From the IMG/VR virus record IMGVR_UViG_3300028897_000455, positions 1 through 42,432 of that record: DNA of 42,432 bases; one strand, written 5' to 3'. Shown piece by piece: positions 13,813 through 23,558 of this stretch. Made by a program: the position numbers and the translations under genes. This DNA is from a virus (taxonomy: Duplodnaviria > Caudoviricetes). Every line of letters starts with the position of its first letter. Position 1 is the first letter of the stretch. The notes below the pieces were generated by a model, which had not been told where the DNA came from, searched no databases, and saw nothing but the letters and a program-made list of their open reading frames with translations.

Positions 13813-15936
13813 GTGGGAATTAAATTTCCTAAAACACCTGGACAAGATGGCGATGATGAAGCAATATCTCCAATATCTAATTCACGTAGTTTATTAGCTG
13901 CCGATGAATTAGGTAATACTCGTCGTCTTTTAGTTGATGCTGCTAGAAATCTTTATGTTAAATTTAGATCGATATATAAATTAATTTGGACAAGTGACAC
14001 AGATTGGGATAAGGGGAGTATTCCATCTACAATAGAAGTAAATGGAACAGGAGATTCAGCCCAATTAAGATTAAAACAAAAAGATAATAATGATGATGAT
14101 ATTGATTATGAAACACCAGAAAATTATGAATTATCAGATAGCAATAAATTAGAAATTATTGATGGTGCTGCAAAATTAAAAGCTATAAGTGGTTCCAATA
14201 AAAATTGGACTTTTAATACTCCAACAAATTATACTTATGATTCAAATAAAATAGTAATCAGTGATGGTAAAGCATTTCTTAAAGGAGTAACAGGTGTTTA
14301 TGCTCAATGGCATATGAACGCATCTTCTGGAACTAGTGTACTTGATTCTGGACCTAATGGATATAATGGAACTTGTATTAATATGGAAGATAGTGCTTGG
14401 GTTGTGGCTAAATTAAATAATGGTTTAAGATTTGATGGAATTAATGAATATATAGACTGTAATAATATTGCTAATTTTTCAAGAACTGATAGTTTTTCTA
14501 TTGAAGCATGGGTAAAAACATCAACTCCATCAAAAATGATTGTGGCTCGTCACAATGGAACAAGAGGATGGTTTTTATATATTGCATCAGACGGTAAAAT
14601 TTATTTTAACTTAAGTAATAGTTATGGACCAAACCAATTATCTAGAAAAAGTATAGGAAGTATTATTGATAATGCATGGCACCATATAGTTGCAACTTAT
14701 AATGGAAGTATAACAGCAGCAGGAATGCATGTATATATTGATGGTTTATTGGATGATGGAGATACAACAGAAACTTTAACAGATACAATTCAAGTCGGTG
14801 TAAATTTAAGAATTGGTGCTTGGAATAACGGATTATACTTTAATGGAGATATGGATGAAGTTTTAATATACTCAAAAGTAATTTCAGCTTTTGAAGTAAC
14901 ACAACGGTATAATTCTGGAAATGGAACTGAAAATGAAGGTGTTGATCAAAATGATCCGGCAATTTATCCCAATATTGGATTTCTATTTACTACAAATTTA
15001 GATGTGTGCACTGAAACTGCAACAAAACCATCTGGAACAAGTATTCGCTATCACTGCAGTTCAGATGATGGAATTACATGGAAATATTGGAATGGTGCGA
15101 TTTGGACAATAACCAATGATACATATAATCAAGCAAATTCAATAACAGAAGTAAATACTAATATAGGATCTTTAGCTTCTAGTGGAACATTTAAATTTCG
15201 TGCTTTATTACGATCTGATGGTTCAAACAATGTTGAATTAGATGACATTTTTATATCAGAACCAGTAACTTATTCAACTACTGATAATTTATATATCGAT
15301 ACTAAAGATGCAAGTCAAATTGCTCCAGCAGTTATACTGAATTGGTTAAGTACAGTAGTATCAAACACTAAACCAACAAATACAGATATTAGAATATTAT
15401 TTTCAGTTGATGGAAGATCTACTTGGCTTACATGGAATGGTTCTAATTGGGTTAATCCAATATCAGATGTAACTCGTACTGATGCAACATCTATAATAAA
15501 TGCGCAAAATAATTTTAATTTACTTCCATTAGGTTCTAATACTTTAGACGTAAGATTATTTTTATATACATCTAATTCTTCAATTAGACCATTAGTAGAG
15601 AATATAAATGTTATATCTAATGTTGGATATGAAATATCTGGAATTTATGAAACAAATATTGTTGATTCAAATATTACTAGTTTAGAGTGGGGAATTGTAG
15701 ATTTTTCTTCCGTTATCCCCTTTGGAACATCTATTATAATTACAGCAAGAGCCTCTAATTTTTTAAGTGATATGGGTTCTTATGGAAGTCCCCTTTCTAT
15801 TGGAGACAGTTTAGGGGCAATAGGAGAATTTATACAATTTAAAATTGAAATGAGTGGAACTCCTACAATTAGACCTTCAATAGATTATTTATCAGTTCAA
15901 TATATAAATCCATCAATTCAAGAGGTTCATCCATAA
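13813..15936 (+). CDS. LamG/concanavalin A-like domain virion protein (fibre/adhesin)
   Basis: Central W.MN...DS...NG...GL.FDG.NEY, FSIEAWVK, WHHIVATY, YIDG and F.G.MDEV.IY...RYN LamG signature, flanked by beta-rich stalk domains. Confidence 0.8.
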   Translation: MGIKFPKTPGQDGDDEAISPISNSRSLLAADELGNTRRLLVDAARNLYVKFRSIYKLIWTSDTDWDKGSIPSTIEVNGTGDSAQLRLKQKDNNDDDIDYETPENYELSDSNKLEIIDGAAKLKAISGSNKNWTFNTPTNYTYDSNKIVISDGKAFLKGVTGVYAQWHMNASSGTSVLDSGPNGYNGTCINMEDSAWVVAKLNNGLRFDGINEYIDCNNIANFSRTDSFSIEAWVKTSTPSKMIVARHNGTRGWFLYIASDGKIYFNLSNSYGPNQLSRKSIGSIIDNAWHHIVATYNGSITAAGMHVYIDGLLDDGDTTETLTDTIQVGVNLRIGAWNNGLYFNGDMDEVLIYSKVISAFEVTQRYNSGNGTENEGVDQNDPAIYPNIGFLFTTNLDVCTETATKPSGTSIRYHCSSDDGITWKYWNGAIWTITNDTYNQANSITEVNTNIGSLASSGTFKFRALLRSDGSNNVELDDIFISEPVTYSTTDNLYIDTKDASQIAPAVILNWLSTVVSNTKPTNTDIRILFSVDGRSTWLTWNGSNWVNPISDVTRTDATSIINAQNNFNLLPLGSNTLDVRLFLYTSNSSIRPLVENINVISNVGYEISGIYETNIVDSNITSLEWGIVDFSSVIPFGTSIIITARASNFLSDMGSYGSPLSIGDSLGAIGEFIQFKIEMSGTPTIRPSIDYLSVQYINPSIQEVHP

Positions 15937-16373
15937 TGTTTATAAGTAATTTTCAAAATAAAATTAAAAAACTAAATAAGCAATTACATTTTATTGCTCC
16001 AACTAATTTATCTAAACCAATTGCTTTATGCCAAATTACTGATAATTCAATTGAACATATATGTGGAACTGATAGAAATAGCACTCCAGAATTTCCTATT
16101 TACGATAAAAAAGGACATATTTTTAAATCTGGTTGGAGAAGAGTTTTAATGATCTTATTGTCAAAAAAGTTAATAAATAAAAATAAAGCAGAAATTTTAT
16201 TTTCAACAGTTTTAGATGGGCGTAAAAAACCATATCAGATAGAAGAATCATCAATTGATAGAGCTTTAAGACAAGCAGCAATTCCATATGATAAGGATGG
16301 AATAGATATGAAAAAAGATGATTTAATGGATATTGGTGCTATGATTAGGAAGGAGAGAGAACATGCTTGTTAG
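15936..16373 (+). CDS. Hypothetical protein, 145 aa
   Basis: ORF track. TAATG coupling and a GWR.VL motif seen in phage structural modules. Confidence 0.7.
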   Translation: MFISNFQNKIKKLNKQLHFIAPTNLSKPIALCQITDNSIEHICGTDRNSTPEFPIYDKKGHIFKSGWRRVLMILLSKKLINKNKAEILFSTVLDGRKKPYQIEESSIDRALRQAAIPYDKDGIDMKKDDLMDIGAMIRKEREHAC

Positions 16374-17067
16374 TGAAATTATAACAGATGCAAGAAAAGA
16401 ACTTTTAGAATATGGAACACAGTTATTTTGGTCAGATGATGAACTTCTTCGATATTATAATAGAGGAGAACTGGACTTTGTTAATCGTACTAGACTTTTA
16501 GAAGATACTGCCTATCTCTCTCTTACACAAGGCATATCTCGCTATCCTTTACCCTCTAATTGGCTAAGTTCAAGAGCAATTTTACATAAATCTGAAGATT
16601 CTAGTAGGAATGTTAGCTGGAGAAGAATTTGGCCTAGAAATTTAGAAAAAGTTGTACAAGAAAGATCTAATTTTCTAGATACTTCTACTAATGCTCAGGG
16701 TAGACCGATAGTTTATTTTATTTGGAACAAAGAAATTTATATTTTACCTGCTCCAGATACAGAATCAGCTACTCAATTGATTTTATTCTACAAATCTAAG
16801 CCTCTTCCTATAACTGCTCCTTCTACAGAATCAGTTAGAATAGATAATAGTTTATCTGAAGGATTAACAGCTTATATTTTATGGAAAGCTTGGACTAAAG
16901 AGAAAGAAATGGACTTAGCAGAAGAGCAAAAACAAATTTACTTCAATTATGTTGGAGAAGGTAGGCGTTGGTCTAAGAAACAACTTGGAGATGGACGCTA
17001 TCAAATAGATATCGAATCCCCTGAGTCATTTGGGGGAGACTGTAATCCATACTCACCATTAAGTTAA
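16363..17067 (+). CDS. Head-tail adaptor (podovirus gatekeeper/adaptor-like)
   Basis: FWSD.EL..Y.N, Y.LP..W, G.P..Y..W, I.P.PD and L..Y...KA motifs, plus position upstream of the nozzle. Confidence 0.7.
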   Translation: MLVSEIITDARKELLEYGTQLFWSDDELLRYYNRGELDFVNRTRLLEDTAYLSLTQGISRYPLPSNWLSSRAILHKSEDSSRNVSWRRIWPRNLEKVVQERSNFLDTSTNAQGRPIVYFIWNKEIYILPAPDTESATQLILFYKSKPLPITAPSTESVRIDNSLSEGLTAYILWKAWTKEKEMDLAEEQKQIYFNYVGEGRRWSKKQLGDGRYQIDIESPESFGGDCNPYSPLS

Positions 17068-17077
17068 GGAGAATACA

Positions 17078-17527
17078 ATGCAATTAAATGAAGGATTAAA
17101 AGTTACTGGACGCATTAAGCTTGAACTGTTTGATGAGTCTGGAAATAAAAAAGATGAAAGAGAAATAAATAATCTAATTGTTATAGCAGGGAAGAATTAT
17201 CTGGCTGCATGGCTCATAGCTGCAACTCAAGCTGATTATTTTATGAAATATATTGGTCTTGGAGAAGGAACGACTGCTGCACAGTCAACAGATACAGATC
17301 TAGAGACTCCATTAGCCTCAAGAGTTGCAGGAGCTTTAACATCAAGCACAAATGTGTGGCAGAATATTGCTTCATTTGGTCCTGGAGTAAACACAGGAGC
17401 AGTTACTGAAGCTGCTTTATTTTCAGAGAACGTTGCTGGTACAATGTTTGCTCGTCAAGTGTTTGATGTCATTAATAAAGCTGCCGGAGATTCGCTTTCC
17501 GTTACTTGGCAAGTTACAATTTCATAA
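17078..17527 (+). CDS. Tail/fibre-attachment structural protein
   Basis: NLIV..G, YIGLG.G.T...DTDL, TEAALF and MFAR..F..INK...DSL.VTW motifs typical of fibre-proximal phage proteins. Confidence 0.65.
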   Translation: MQLNEGLKVTGRIKLELFDESGNKKDEREINNLIVIAGKNYLAAWLIAATQADYFMKYIGLGEGTTAAQSTDTDLETPLASRVAGALTSSTNVWQNIASFGPGVNTGAVTEAALFSENVAGTMFARQVFDVINKAAGDSLSVTWQVTIS

Positions 17528-17531
17528 TCAA

Positions 17532-17846
17532 ATGAGACACGAAAAAACTACAAAAGAAGAGAAAGCAGAAGTTCGTCATAAATGGCGTAAAAAGCGACGA
17601 TTAGAACAGTTAGAAATTATTAACCGCCTTAAAACACGACCATGTATGGACTGTAAAATTCAATTTAACCCTTGGGTTATGCACTTTGATCATAGACCTG
17701 GGACTATAAAAAGATTTAATGTTTCTTCTGCTATAGGATCAGGATCAAATTCAATAAGATCTATTCAAAAAGAAATAGATAAATGCGATATTGTATGTGC
17801 TAACTGTCATGCAAATCGTACATATAAAAGACTTAAGGAGAGATAA
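17532..17846 (+). CDS. HNH endonuclease
   Basis: PCMDC, FDH and KCD.VCANCH..RT motifs. ATG 17532 is preferred to the overlapping track start. Confidence 0.85.
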   Translation: MRHEKTTKEEKAEVRHKWRKKRRLEQLEIINRLKTRPCMDCKIQFNPWVMHFDHRPGTIKRFNVSSAIGSGSNSIRSIQKEIDKCDIVCANCHANRTYKRLKER

Positions 17847-17847
17847 T

Positions 17848-19254
17848 ATGGCTGTTTATCCAAATTTAGCTTCAACAGACTCAGATTTATATGTTGCGGT
17901 AAATCAAAAATCAACAACTTTAACAGACAATCCATTAGCTGCTGGAGCTGCAACTGTTAATGTTAATGATGCTTCAGCTTTTCCGTCAACAGGTGCTATC
18001 ACTATTGATGCAGAAATAATTAAATACACAGGAAAGACAGCTACTTCTTTTACTGGTTGTACAAGAGGTTTTGATGGAACTTTTGATGTTCAACACAGTG
18101 TTAATACTCCTGTTTATCATAGAATAATTGCAGACCATCACAATGTTTTAAAAGAAGAAATAAAAGCTGTTGAAGCAGATTTAGTAGCTTTACAATCAGC
18201 ATTAAATGATGCTGATACTCCAGCCTCTACTGCTACAGATGTTAAAGATAGACTAGATCAAATTGTCAGTCAGATTAAAGTGATGACAGGTGAGACTAAC
18301 TGGTATGATGCTCCAGATGCTACAATTACTGCTTTAAAATCTAGTGTAGATGCTAAATTACCGTTAGCTGGTGGCACAATGGCTGGTAATATAGCTATGG
18401 GAGGAAATAAACTTACTGGTTTAGCTGCTGGTTCAGGAGCAGGAGATTCAGTTAGATATGAACAGGCTCTTTTATTATCACTTGGTGGAATAATAACTGC
18501 TGCAACTTCCATAAGAAATACAGATGCTTTACATCTTGAAGGAAATGATCCAAATAATCAACACGCTCTTTTAACAATTGATACAAGAGAAGCTGGAGCT
18601 AATTTTAGAGGTTGGACATTTTTAGCGGGTAAAAATGCAGATACAGCATGGGGAAGTTATTCTTTAAGACTTTATCCTTACTCTACTGGAGCAATTGACG
18701 GAGATCTTGTATTTGCATCTGGAGCTGCTGCAAGTATTAGATTGGGACATGGGCAGGCTGCAACTGCAGATGCAACAACTGGATTTAGCCAAAATGCAGA
18801 AATAAAATCCACTGGATGTTCTTTTAAAGGAACTAATACAAACGACTCTGCTGCTGCTGGATATATTGGAGAATATATTGAAAGTGTTGTTACAAGTGCT
18901 ACTAATTTACCTACTTCTGGTCAATTAGGAGATTTAACAAGTATCAGTTTATCTGCTGGCGATTGGGATATTGGTGTTAATATTGGATTTAGTCTAAATA
19001 CAGGAACAGGGATGACTAGAATCTCAGGAGGAATTGGAACTGCCTCTGGTAATTCCACCACTGGTATAGTATCAGGCAGTAATTTTCATGATAGTACAGC
19101 TATGCCAACGGCAGCAGCTAACAGTTTTGTTTCTGTTGCTCCTTATCGTGTTAGTATCAGCTCTTCCACTACATATTATTTAAAGTTTAGAGGAAATTAT
19201 ACAGGTGGAAATCCACAAGGAGTTGGACGTATTTCGGCAAGGAGGGTAAGATAA
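17848..19254 (+). CDS. Tail fibre protein
   Basis: Start MAVYP after AAGGAG. I.I..EII.Y...F.GCTRG module, LPLAGGTM.G.I.MG fibre repeat, and C-terminal GTxTND.A.AG.IGE...LSAGDWD...ARRVR domain. Confidence 0.8.
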   Translation: MAVYPNLASTDSDLYVAVNQKSTTLTDNPLAAGAATVNVNDASAFPSTGAITIDAEIIKYTGKTATSFTGCTRGFDGTFDVQHSVNTPVYHRIIADHHNVLKEEIKAVEADLVALQSALNDADTPASTATDVKDRLDQIVSQIKVMTGETNWYDAPDATITALKSSVDAKLPLAGGTMAGNIAMGGNKLTGLAAGSGAGDSVRYEQALLLSLGGIITAATSIRNTDALHLEGNDPNNQHALLTIDTREAGANFRGWTFLAGKNADTAWGSYSLRLYPYSTGAIDGDLVFASGAAASIRLGHGQAATADATTGFSQNAEIKSTGCSFKGTNTNDSAAAGYIGEYIESVVTSATNLPTSGQLGDLTSISLSAGDWDIGVNIGFSLNTGTGMTRISGGIGTASGNSTTGIVSGSNFHDSTAMPTAAANSFVSVAPYRVSISSSTTYYLKFRGNYTGGNPQGVGRISARRVR

Positions 19255-19406
19255 TGTTTATTGTACAAATTAATGAAATAGATTCAAGTTGTCATACACA
19301 AGAATGTGATGCTCTTACTCAAAAAGATAGATTTATTGCTTCTGGAGTATCTGAAGAAAATATTGTAGTTGTAGAAAAAGATACATTTGAACCTCCACAG
19401 GAGTAG
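19254..19406 (+). CDS. Small acidic protein, 50 aa (possible fibre chaperone)
   Basis: Translated by hand. GGAGGG SD and TAATG coupling to the fibre gene. Confidence 0.6.
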   Translation: MFIVQINEIDSSCHTQECDALTQKDRFIASGVSEENIVVVEKDTFEPPQE

Positions 19407-19408
19407 AT

Positions 19409-19714
19409 ATGTATAATGAGTTCATGTATAATGAGCAAACATACAATGGTCCACATACTCTTCATGTAACACTATTATCAGATAGTACTGGACTAAGTGA
19501 TTTACTTTCTCCTTTAGATGTAGAGAAGTTGTTAGAAGATACAGCAACTTTATCTGAAACTATGATATTTGATACACAAAAGCCTTTATCAGACATTGTA
19601 TTTTTAGACGAAACTTTTACTAAGCAAATAACAAATAAAGGTTTATTTGACAGTGTTAGATTAAACGATTGGCTTTCAATTAAGAAAATTTTATCAGATC
19701 CTTGGAGTGATTAA
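19409..19714 (+). CDS. Hypothetical structural protein, 101 aa
   Basis: ORF track. AGGAG SD, YNE..YN N-terminus and K.L.D repeats. Confidence 0.65.
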   Translation: MYNEFMYNEQTYNGPHTLHVTLLSDSTGLSDLLSPLDVEKLLEDTATLSETMIFDTQKPLSDIVFLDETFTKQITNKGLFDSVRLNDWLSIKKILSDPWSD

Positions 19715-22700
19715 TGGACAAGGTTAAAATTGAAGTTCCTCAGCAAGACTGGGGAAGTTTAAACACAAAATATCCTGCAGACTCAAATAGAGTTGCAGAC
19801 AATGAGTTTACTGCTGGAACAGCAAATGTAGACACTTCAACTAAAGGTATCCTAACTAAGAGATTAGGTGGAATAGAATATGGTGATTGGGGTGGAGTTC
19901 CTAAAGACCAATATGAAGCTATATTTTCAGATGGTGTAAGACACCTTTTAGGTGTAACAGGGGGGATATTAAAATATACATCTGGAGATGGACAAATACA
20001 TACTGTTCTTTCTGGATTAACTGCTACAATTAACAATGAGTTTGCAACAACTCAAGATAGAGTTTATTTTGGTAATGGTGTACAGAAGAAAATTTATGAC
20101 AGAGTTACTTCATATGGTGGAGTAACATATACATTTCCAACTCAAACAGTTAAAAATATGGGTTGTCAGGTACCAGGGACAGCTTTAAGTGCTGCTGGAG
20201 CAGGATCAGGTACAGGAGTTCCTGCTGGGTCATACAAATATAAAGTTACATACGTTTATTATGATTCTGAGGAATCTAATGAAGGATTAGAATCAACAGT
20301 TGTAACAATTGGTGCTCCTGAAGATATTGCTTTAACTAGTATTCCAGTTGGAGGCTATGGAGTCACACAAAGAAAAATCTATAGAGCTGAATCACCAGAT
20401 TATGTAGATTACCTTCTAGTCAAAGTTATAAATAATAACACAGCTACAACTGCTACAGACAATGTGTCTGCTGGTACTACTGCAATTCCAATAGATAACT
20501 CATTACCACCTGACTTTACTTTAATTTCTTTATTTTTAGACAGACTATTCTTGGCAGGAGTTCCAGGAGATCCTTATTACATTTTTTACTCAGAACCAGG
20601 ATTTCCAGACATATTTCCAACTACAAATTATATCCCTTGTAACCAAGAAGATCCAATTACTGCAATTGTAGTGTACTTTGACAGGCTAATTGTTCTTAAT
20701 AGACGTTCAATGGGACAGATATTAGGACAAACCTCAGATCAATTTAGATATGCTCAAATTGAAGGGTCTGTTGGTTGTGTTGACAACAGGTCAGTTCAGG
20801 TTCGTGTTATAAATGGTGTACCTGTTCTTATTTGGCTTTCAGATAAAGGATTCTATGCTTACAATGGAAGTAGTGTTACATATATAAGCGATAAAATTGA
20901 AGATCAAGTTAATTTTAACTTACAACAATCAGTTATTCAAAAGAATAAGATAACGCACAGTGATTATACAACTTTTACACAAGGTACAGCTTCAAATGGT
21001 ATAAATTTAGATTCATCGCCTGGTCAGATAACAACTAAAGGACCATATTGGGATACAGGTGCTCATCCTGGAGCTACATATGAAGAACAAACTAATCCTA
21101 AAAAGGCGTGGGACACACAGTCTGAGTGGGAAGATTCTAATGCTACAAAGACAGATTTAGTCACAAGAGCTGGTGATAATACAATACAGCCAATTAAGAA
21201 TAATAGATTTGATTCTGCTACAGAACTACTAGGAAGTTTGTCTGGAGATCTTATTTGGGAATCAGGACAATTTAAACTCCCAATTTCAACTGATTGGACT
21301 GGAGAAAGTAAAACTGGAACATATAATCCAGGATTTTTAAATACTGAGACAGCTTTTTACGGAATTGATGATCTAGCTATTCCTATTAAAGTACCAAGAA
21401 AAGGAACTTTGACTGGATTTTCATTTACTGTAAAAATGACTTCTGCTGTAATTACTACATATCCATATACTGTACCATTTAACTATGAACTATGGTTCGA
21501 TACTGGTGGACCAGGGGGGATGTTAAAATCAAAGGGAAGTACTGTTACTTTTACTAATCCATTTGGTACAATTCAAGAATTTAACTTAAATAGCGGTGTG
21601 CTTGATTGGTCATTAGAAGCTAATACAGTATATTGGTTAGTATTACGGCTATATCCAAATCAAACAACAGGTCCTTGGATACTTGTAATTAATAATACAA
21701 AAATAACATCTAGTCAATATAACAACGCTGGAGCTTATTCTTATGGAAGAAAAGATTTGGGGGCATGGGGGAAATTAGAGCATACACTAACTAATGATCC
21801 AATTGGATTAGCTGCTGGCTCATATAGTTTTATAGCAGATCCAATTGCTAAAAATGGTTCTTGGATATCTCCACAATTAACTGGATCTTATTTTGATTCT
21901 AAAGCTGTATATAATTCCCTATTAACTCTTTCTGGTTCTTTCACAATTCCTACAACTTGGGGAACTAAAACAAATCAATTAATACTAGAAAGTAGTACAG
22001 ACGGAGAAATTTTTACTCAACTTAAAACTATTTCTGTAGCTCCTTATTCTAGTAGTGTGTCTTTATCGGGACAACGGTATTACAGAATCAAAGTTTTTAT
22101 GTCAACAACTGATAATAGAGAAACTCAAACTGCTACTAATTTTAGAGTAGATTTTCCTTCTACAGCTACTTGGATATCAGAAACAATAGATTGTACTTCT
22201 GATGTTACTTCCTACGATGCTTTAATTGTAGTTAATACAATTCCAAGTGGAACAAGTATAGCTTATACTGTTGCAACATCTGATGACAATATAACTTATC
22301 CAGATGGATATGTAGCAATTGGAAGTGCTGTTGTAAGACGTTATATTAAAGTTAAAGCTGTTTTAACAAAGTCTGGAGATACAACTGTTCCTTATATAAG
22401 CTCTGTTCTTTTAAAATGGCACATAGCTGCTGATTTTGTGTCTAAATCAATAGACACTGCAGTCACTCCATCAGGATGGGATATATTTCAAACTTCTTTT
22501 GCCGTAAATGGTGGTATAGTTACTTATTATATGAGAAGTGCTGCTACAGAAGGAGCTTTATCTGGAGCTACTTGGTATGCTGTTACAAACGGTACATTTC
22601 CCACTTCTAGCTTACCAACTTTACAATGGGTACAGTGGAAAGTTGAAATTGTTACTAATCCAGATCAAGTACCAACAATTGATAGTGTTACAATCAATTG

Positions 22701-23322
22701 GTTTATAGGATCTTCTTTACCCAGTATTCGTTGTACTTCTTTGTTCTATAACACAAATTATTATTTAGCTGCTGCTGAGTTTGAAAGCAGCACAAATAAC
22801 ATTATATTTGTTTTTGATCAAGAAGCTAAATGGAGAGTCTATAGAGGATTAAATATAGCTGTTTTATCATATTTCTTTAATAACCCTTATTTTGGAGATG
22901 CAGTAACAGGAAAAATTGTCAAGTTTTTAGAGAGTAATAGTGATAATGGAGCTGCTATAGAGTTTGACTTTAGATCTAGAGCTTTTGATTTTTCAACAGA
23001 AGGATTCTCTAATGATGATAAAGCAAAGATGTTAGAAAAGGTTATACTGTCTGGAAGAAATACTGGAGCTACTTACACCGTTACCTATTCAGTTGATGAT
23101 GGAGATACTTTCTATGATTTAAAAGATAAAGACGGTAACTCTTCATTTACAACCTCAACAGATGGCAAAGGGTTCTTTAAATGGTTAAGACCAGACTATA
23201 GTTCAATTATTCCAACTGGATATTCGATAATACTTAGAATTTATAATAATGATACAAATGAAGTAGAAATTGATGGATTTAAAATGATGGCTTTTGTAAG
23301 AAAACATGATCCAATAGAATAA
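19714..23322 (+). CDS. Tail nozzle/DNA stabilisation protein (P22 gp10/T7 gp12-like) with a ~590-aa beta-rich insertion
   Basis: G.LN, NV..G.L.KR.G, RLF.AG...YS..P, GC....S and W.S..G.Y.Y.G...IS.KI propeller motifs. The propeller resumes after about residue 1000. Confidence 0.75.
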   Translation: MDKVKIEVPQQDWGSLNTKYPADSNRVADNEFTAGTANVDTSTKGILTKRLGGIEYGDWGGVPKDQYEAIFSDGVRHLLGVTGGILKYTSGDGQIHTVLSGLTATINNEFATTQDRVYFGNGVQKKIYDRVTSYGGVTYTFPTQTVKNMGCQVPGTALSAAGAGSGTGVPAGSYKYKVTYVYYDSEESNEGLESTVVTIGAPEDIALTSIPVGGYGVTQRKIYRAESPDYVDYLLVKVINNNTATTATDNVSAGTTAIPIDNSLPPDFTLISLFLDRLFLAGVPGDPYYIFYSEPGFPDIFPTTNYIPCNQEDPITAIVVYFDRLIVLNRRSMGQILGQTSDQFRYAQIEGSVGCVDNRSVQVRVINGVPVLIWLSDKGFYAYNGSSVTYISDKIEDQVNFNLQQSVIQKNKITHSDYTTFTQGTASNGINLDSSPGQITTKGPYWDTGAHPGATYEEQTNPKKAWDTQSEWEDSNATKTDLVTRAGDNTIQPIKNNRFDSATELLGSLSGDLIWESGQFKLPISTDWTGESKTGTYNPGFLNTETAFYGIDDLAIPIKVPRKGTLTGFSFTVKMTSAVITTYPYTVPFNYELWFDTGGPGGMLKSKGSTVTFTNPFGTIQEFNLNSGVLDWSLEANTVYWLVLRLYPNQTTGPWILVINNTKITSSQYNNAGAYSYGRKDLGAWGKLEHTLTNDPIGLAAGSYSFIADPIAKNGSWISPQLTGSYFDSKAVYNSLLTLSGSFTIPTTWGTKTNQLILESSTDGEIFTQLKTISVAPYSSSVSLSGQRYYRIKVFMSTTDNRETQTATNFRVDFPSTATWISETIDCTSDVTSYDALIVVNTIPSGTSIAYTVATSDDNITYPDGYVAIGSAVVRRYIKVKAVLTKSGDTTVPYISSVLLKWHIAADFVSKSIDTAVTPSGWDIFQTSFAVNGGIVTYYMRSAATEGALSGATWYAVTNGTFPTSSLPTLQWVQWKVEIVTNPDQVPTIDSVTINWFIGSSLPSIRCTSLFYNTNYYLAAAEFESSTNNIIFVFDQEAKWRVYRGLNIAVLSYFFNNPYFGDAVTGKIVKFLESNSDNGAAIEFDFRSRAFDFSTEGFSNDDKAKMLEKVILSGRNTGATYTVTYSVDDGDTFYDLKDKDGNSSFTTSTDGKGFFKWLRPDYSSIIPTGYSIILRIYNNDTNEVEIDGFKMMAFVRKHDPIE

Positions 23323-23323
23323 T

Positions 23324-23548
23324 ATGAAAACACAAAATTATCCAATAAGTGAACAACTATTACCAGAAGTTATACAAAGAAACTTAGAAGATTTGTTTCA
23401 TTGTGCACATACACACGATTTAAGAACAACTGCTCCTTCTTCAAATGAAGGCTCAGTTGGAGATATTATTCCAGTTTTATTAAGTGGAACTGGATATTTA
23501 TATATAAAATTTCCAAATATTGGTTGGAAACGAATTACAGCAAGTTAG
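23324..23548 (+). CDS. Hypothetical structural protein, 74 aa
   Basis: ORF track. P...EG..GD...LY.K...GW motif, and position after the nozzle. Confidence 0.65.
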   Translation: MKTQNYPISEQLLPEVIQRNLEDLFHCAHTHDLRTTAPSSNEGSVGDIIPVLLSGTGYLYIKFPNIGWKRITAS

Positions 23549-23558
23549 GGGGTACAAT

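Noticed and set aside
17848-23322. Diversity-generating retroelement targeting fibre genes
   Set aside because: No reverse transcriptase, and I noticed no template/variable repeat pair differing at adenines.
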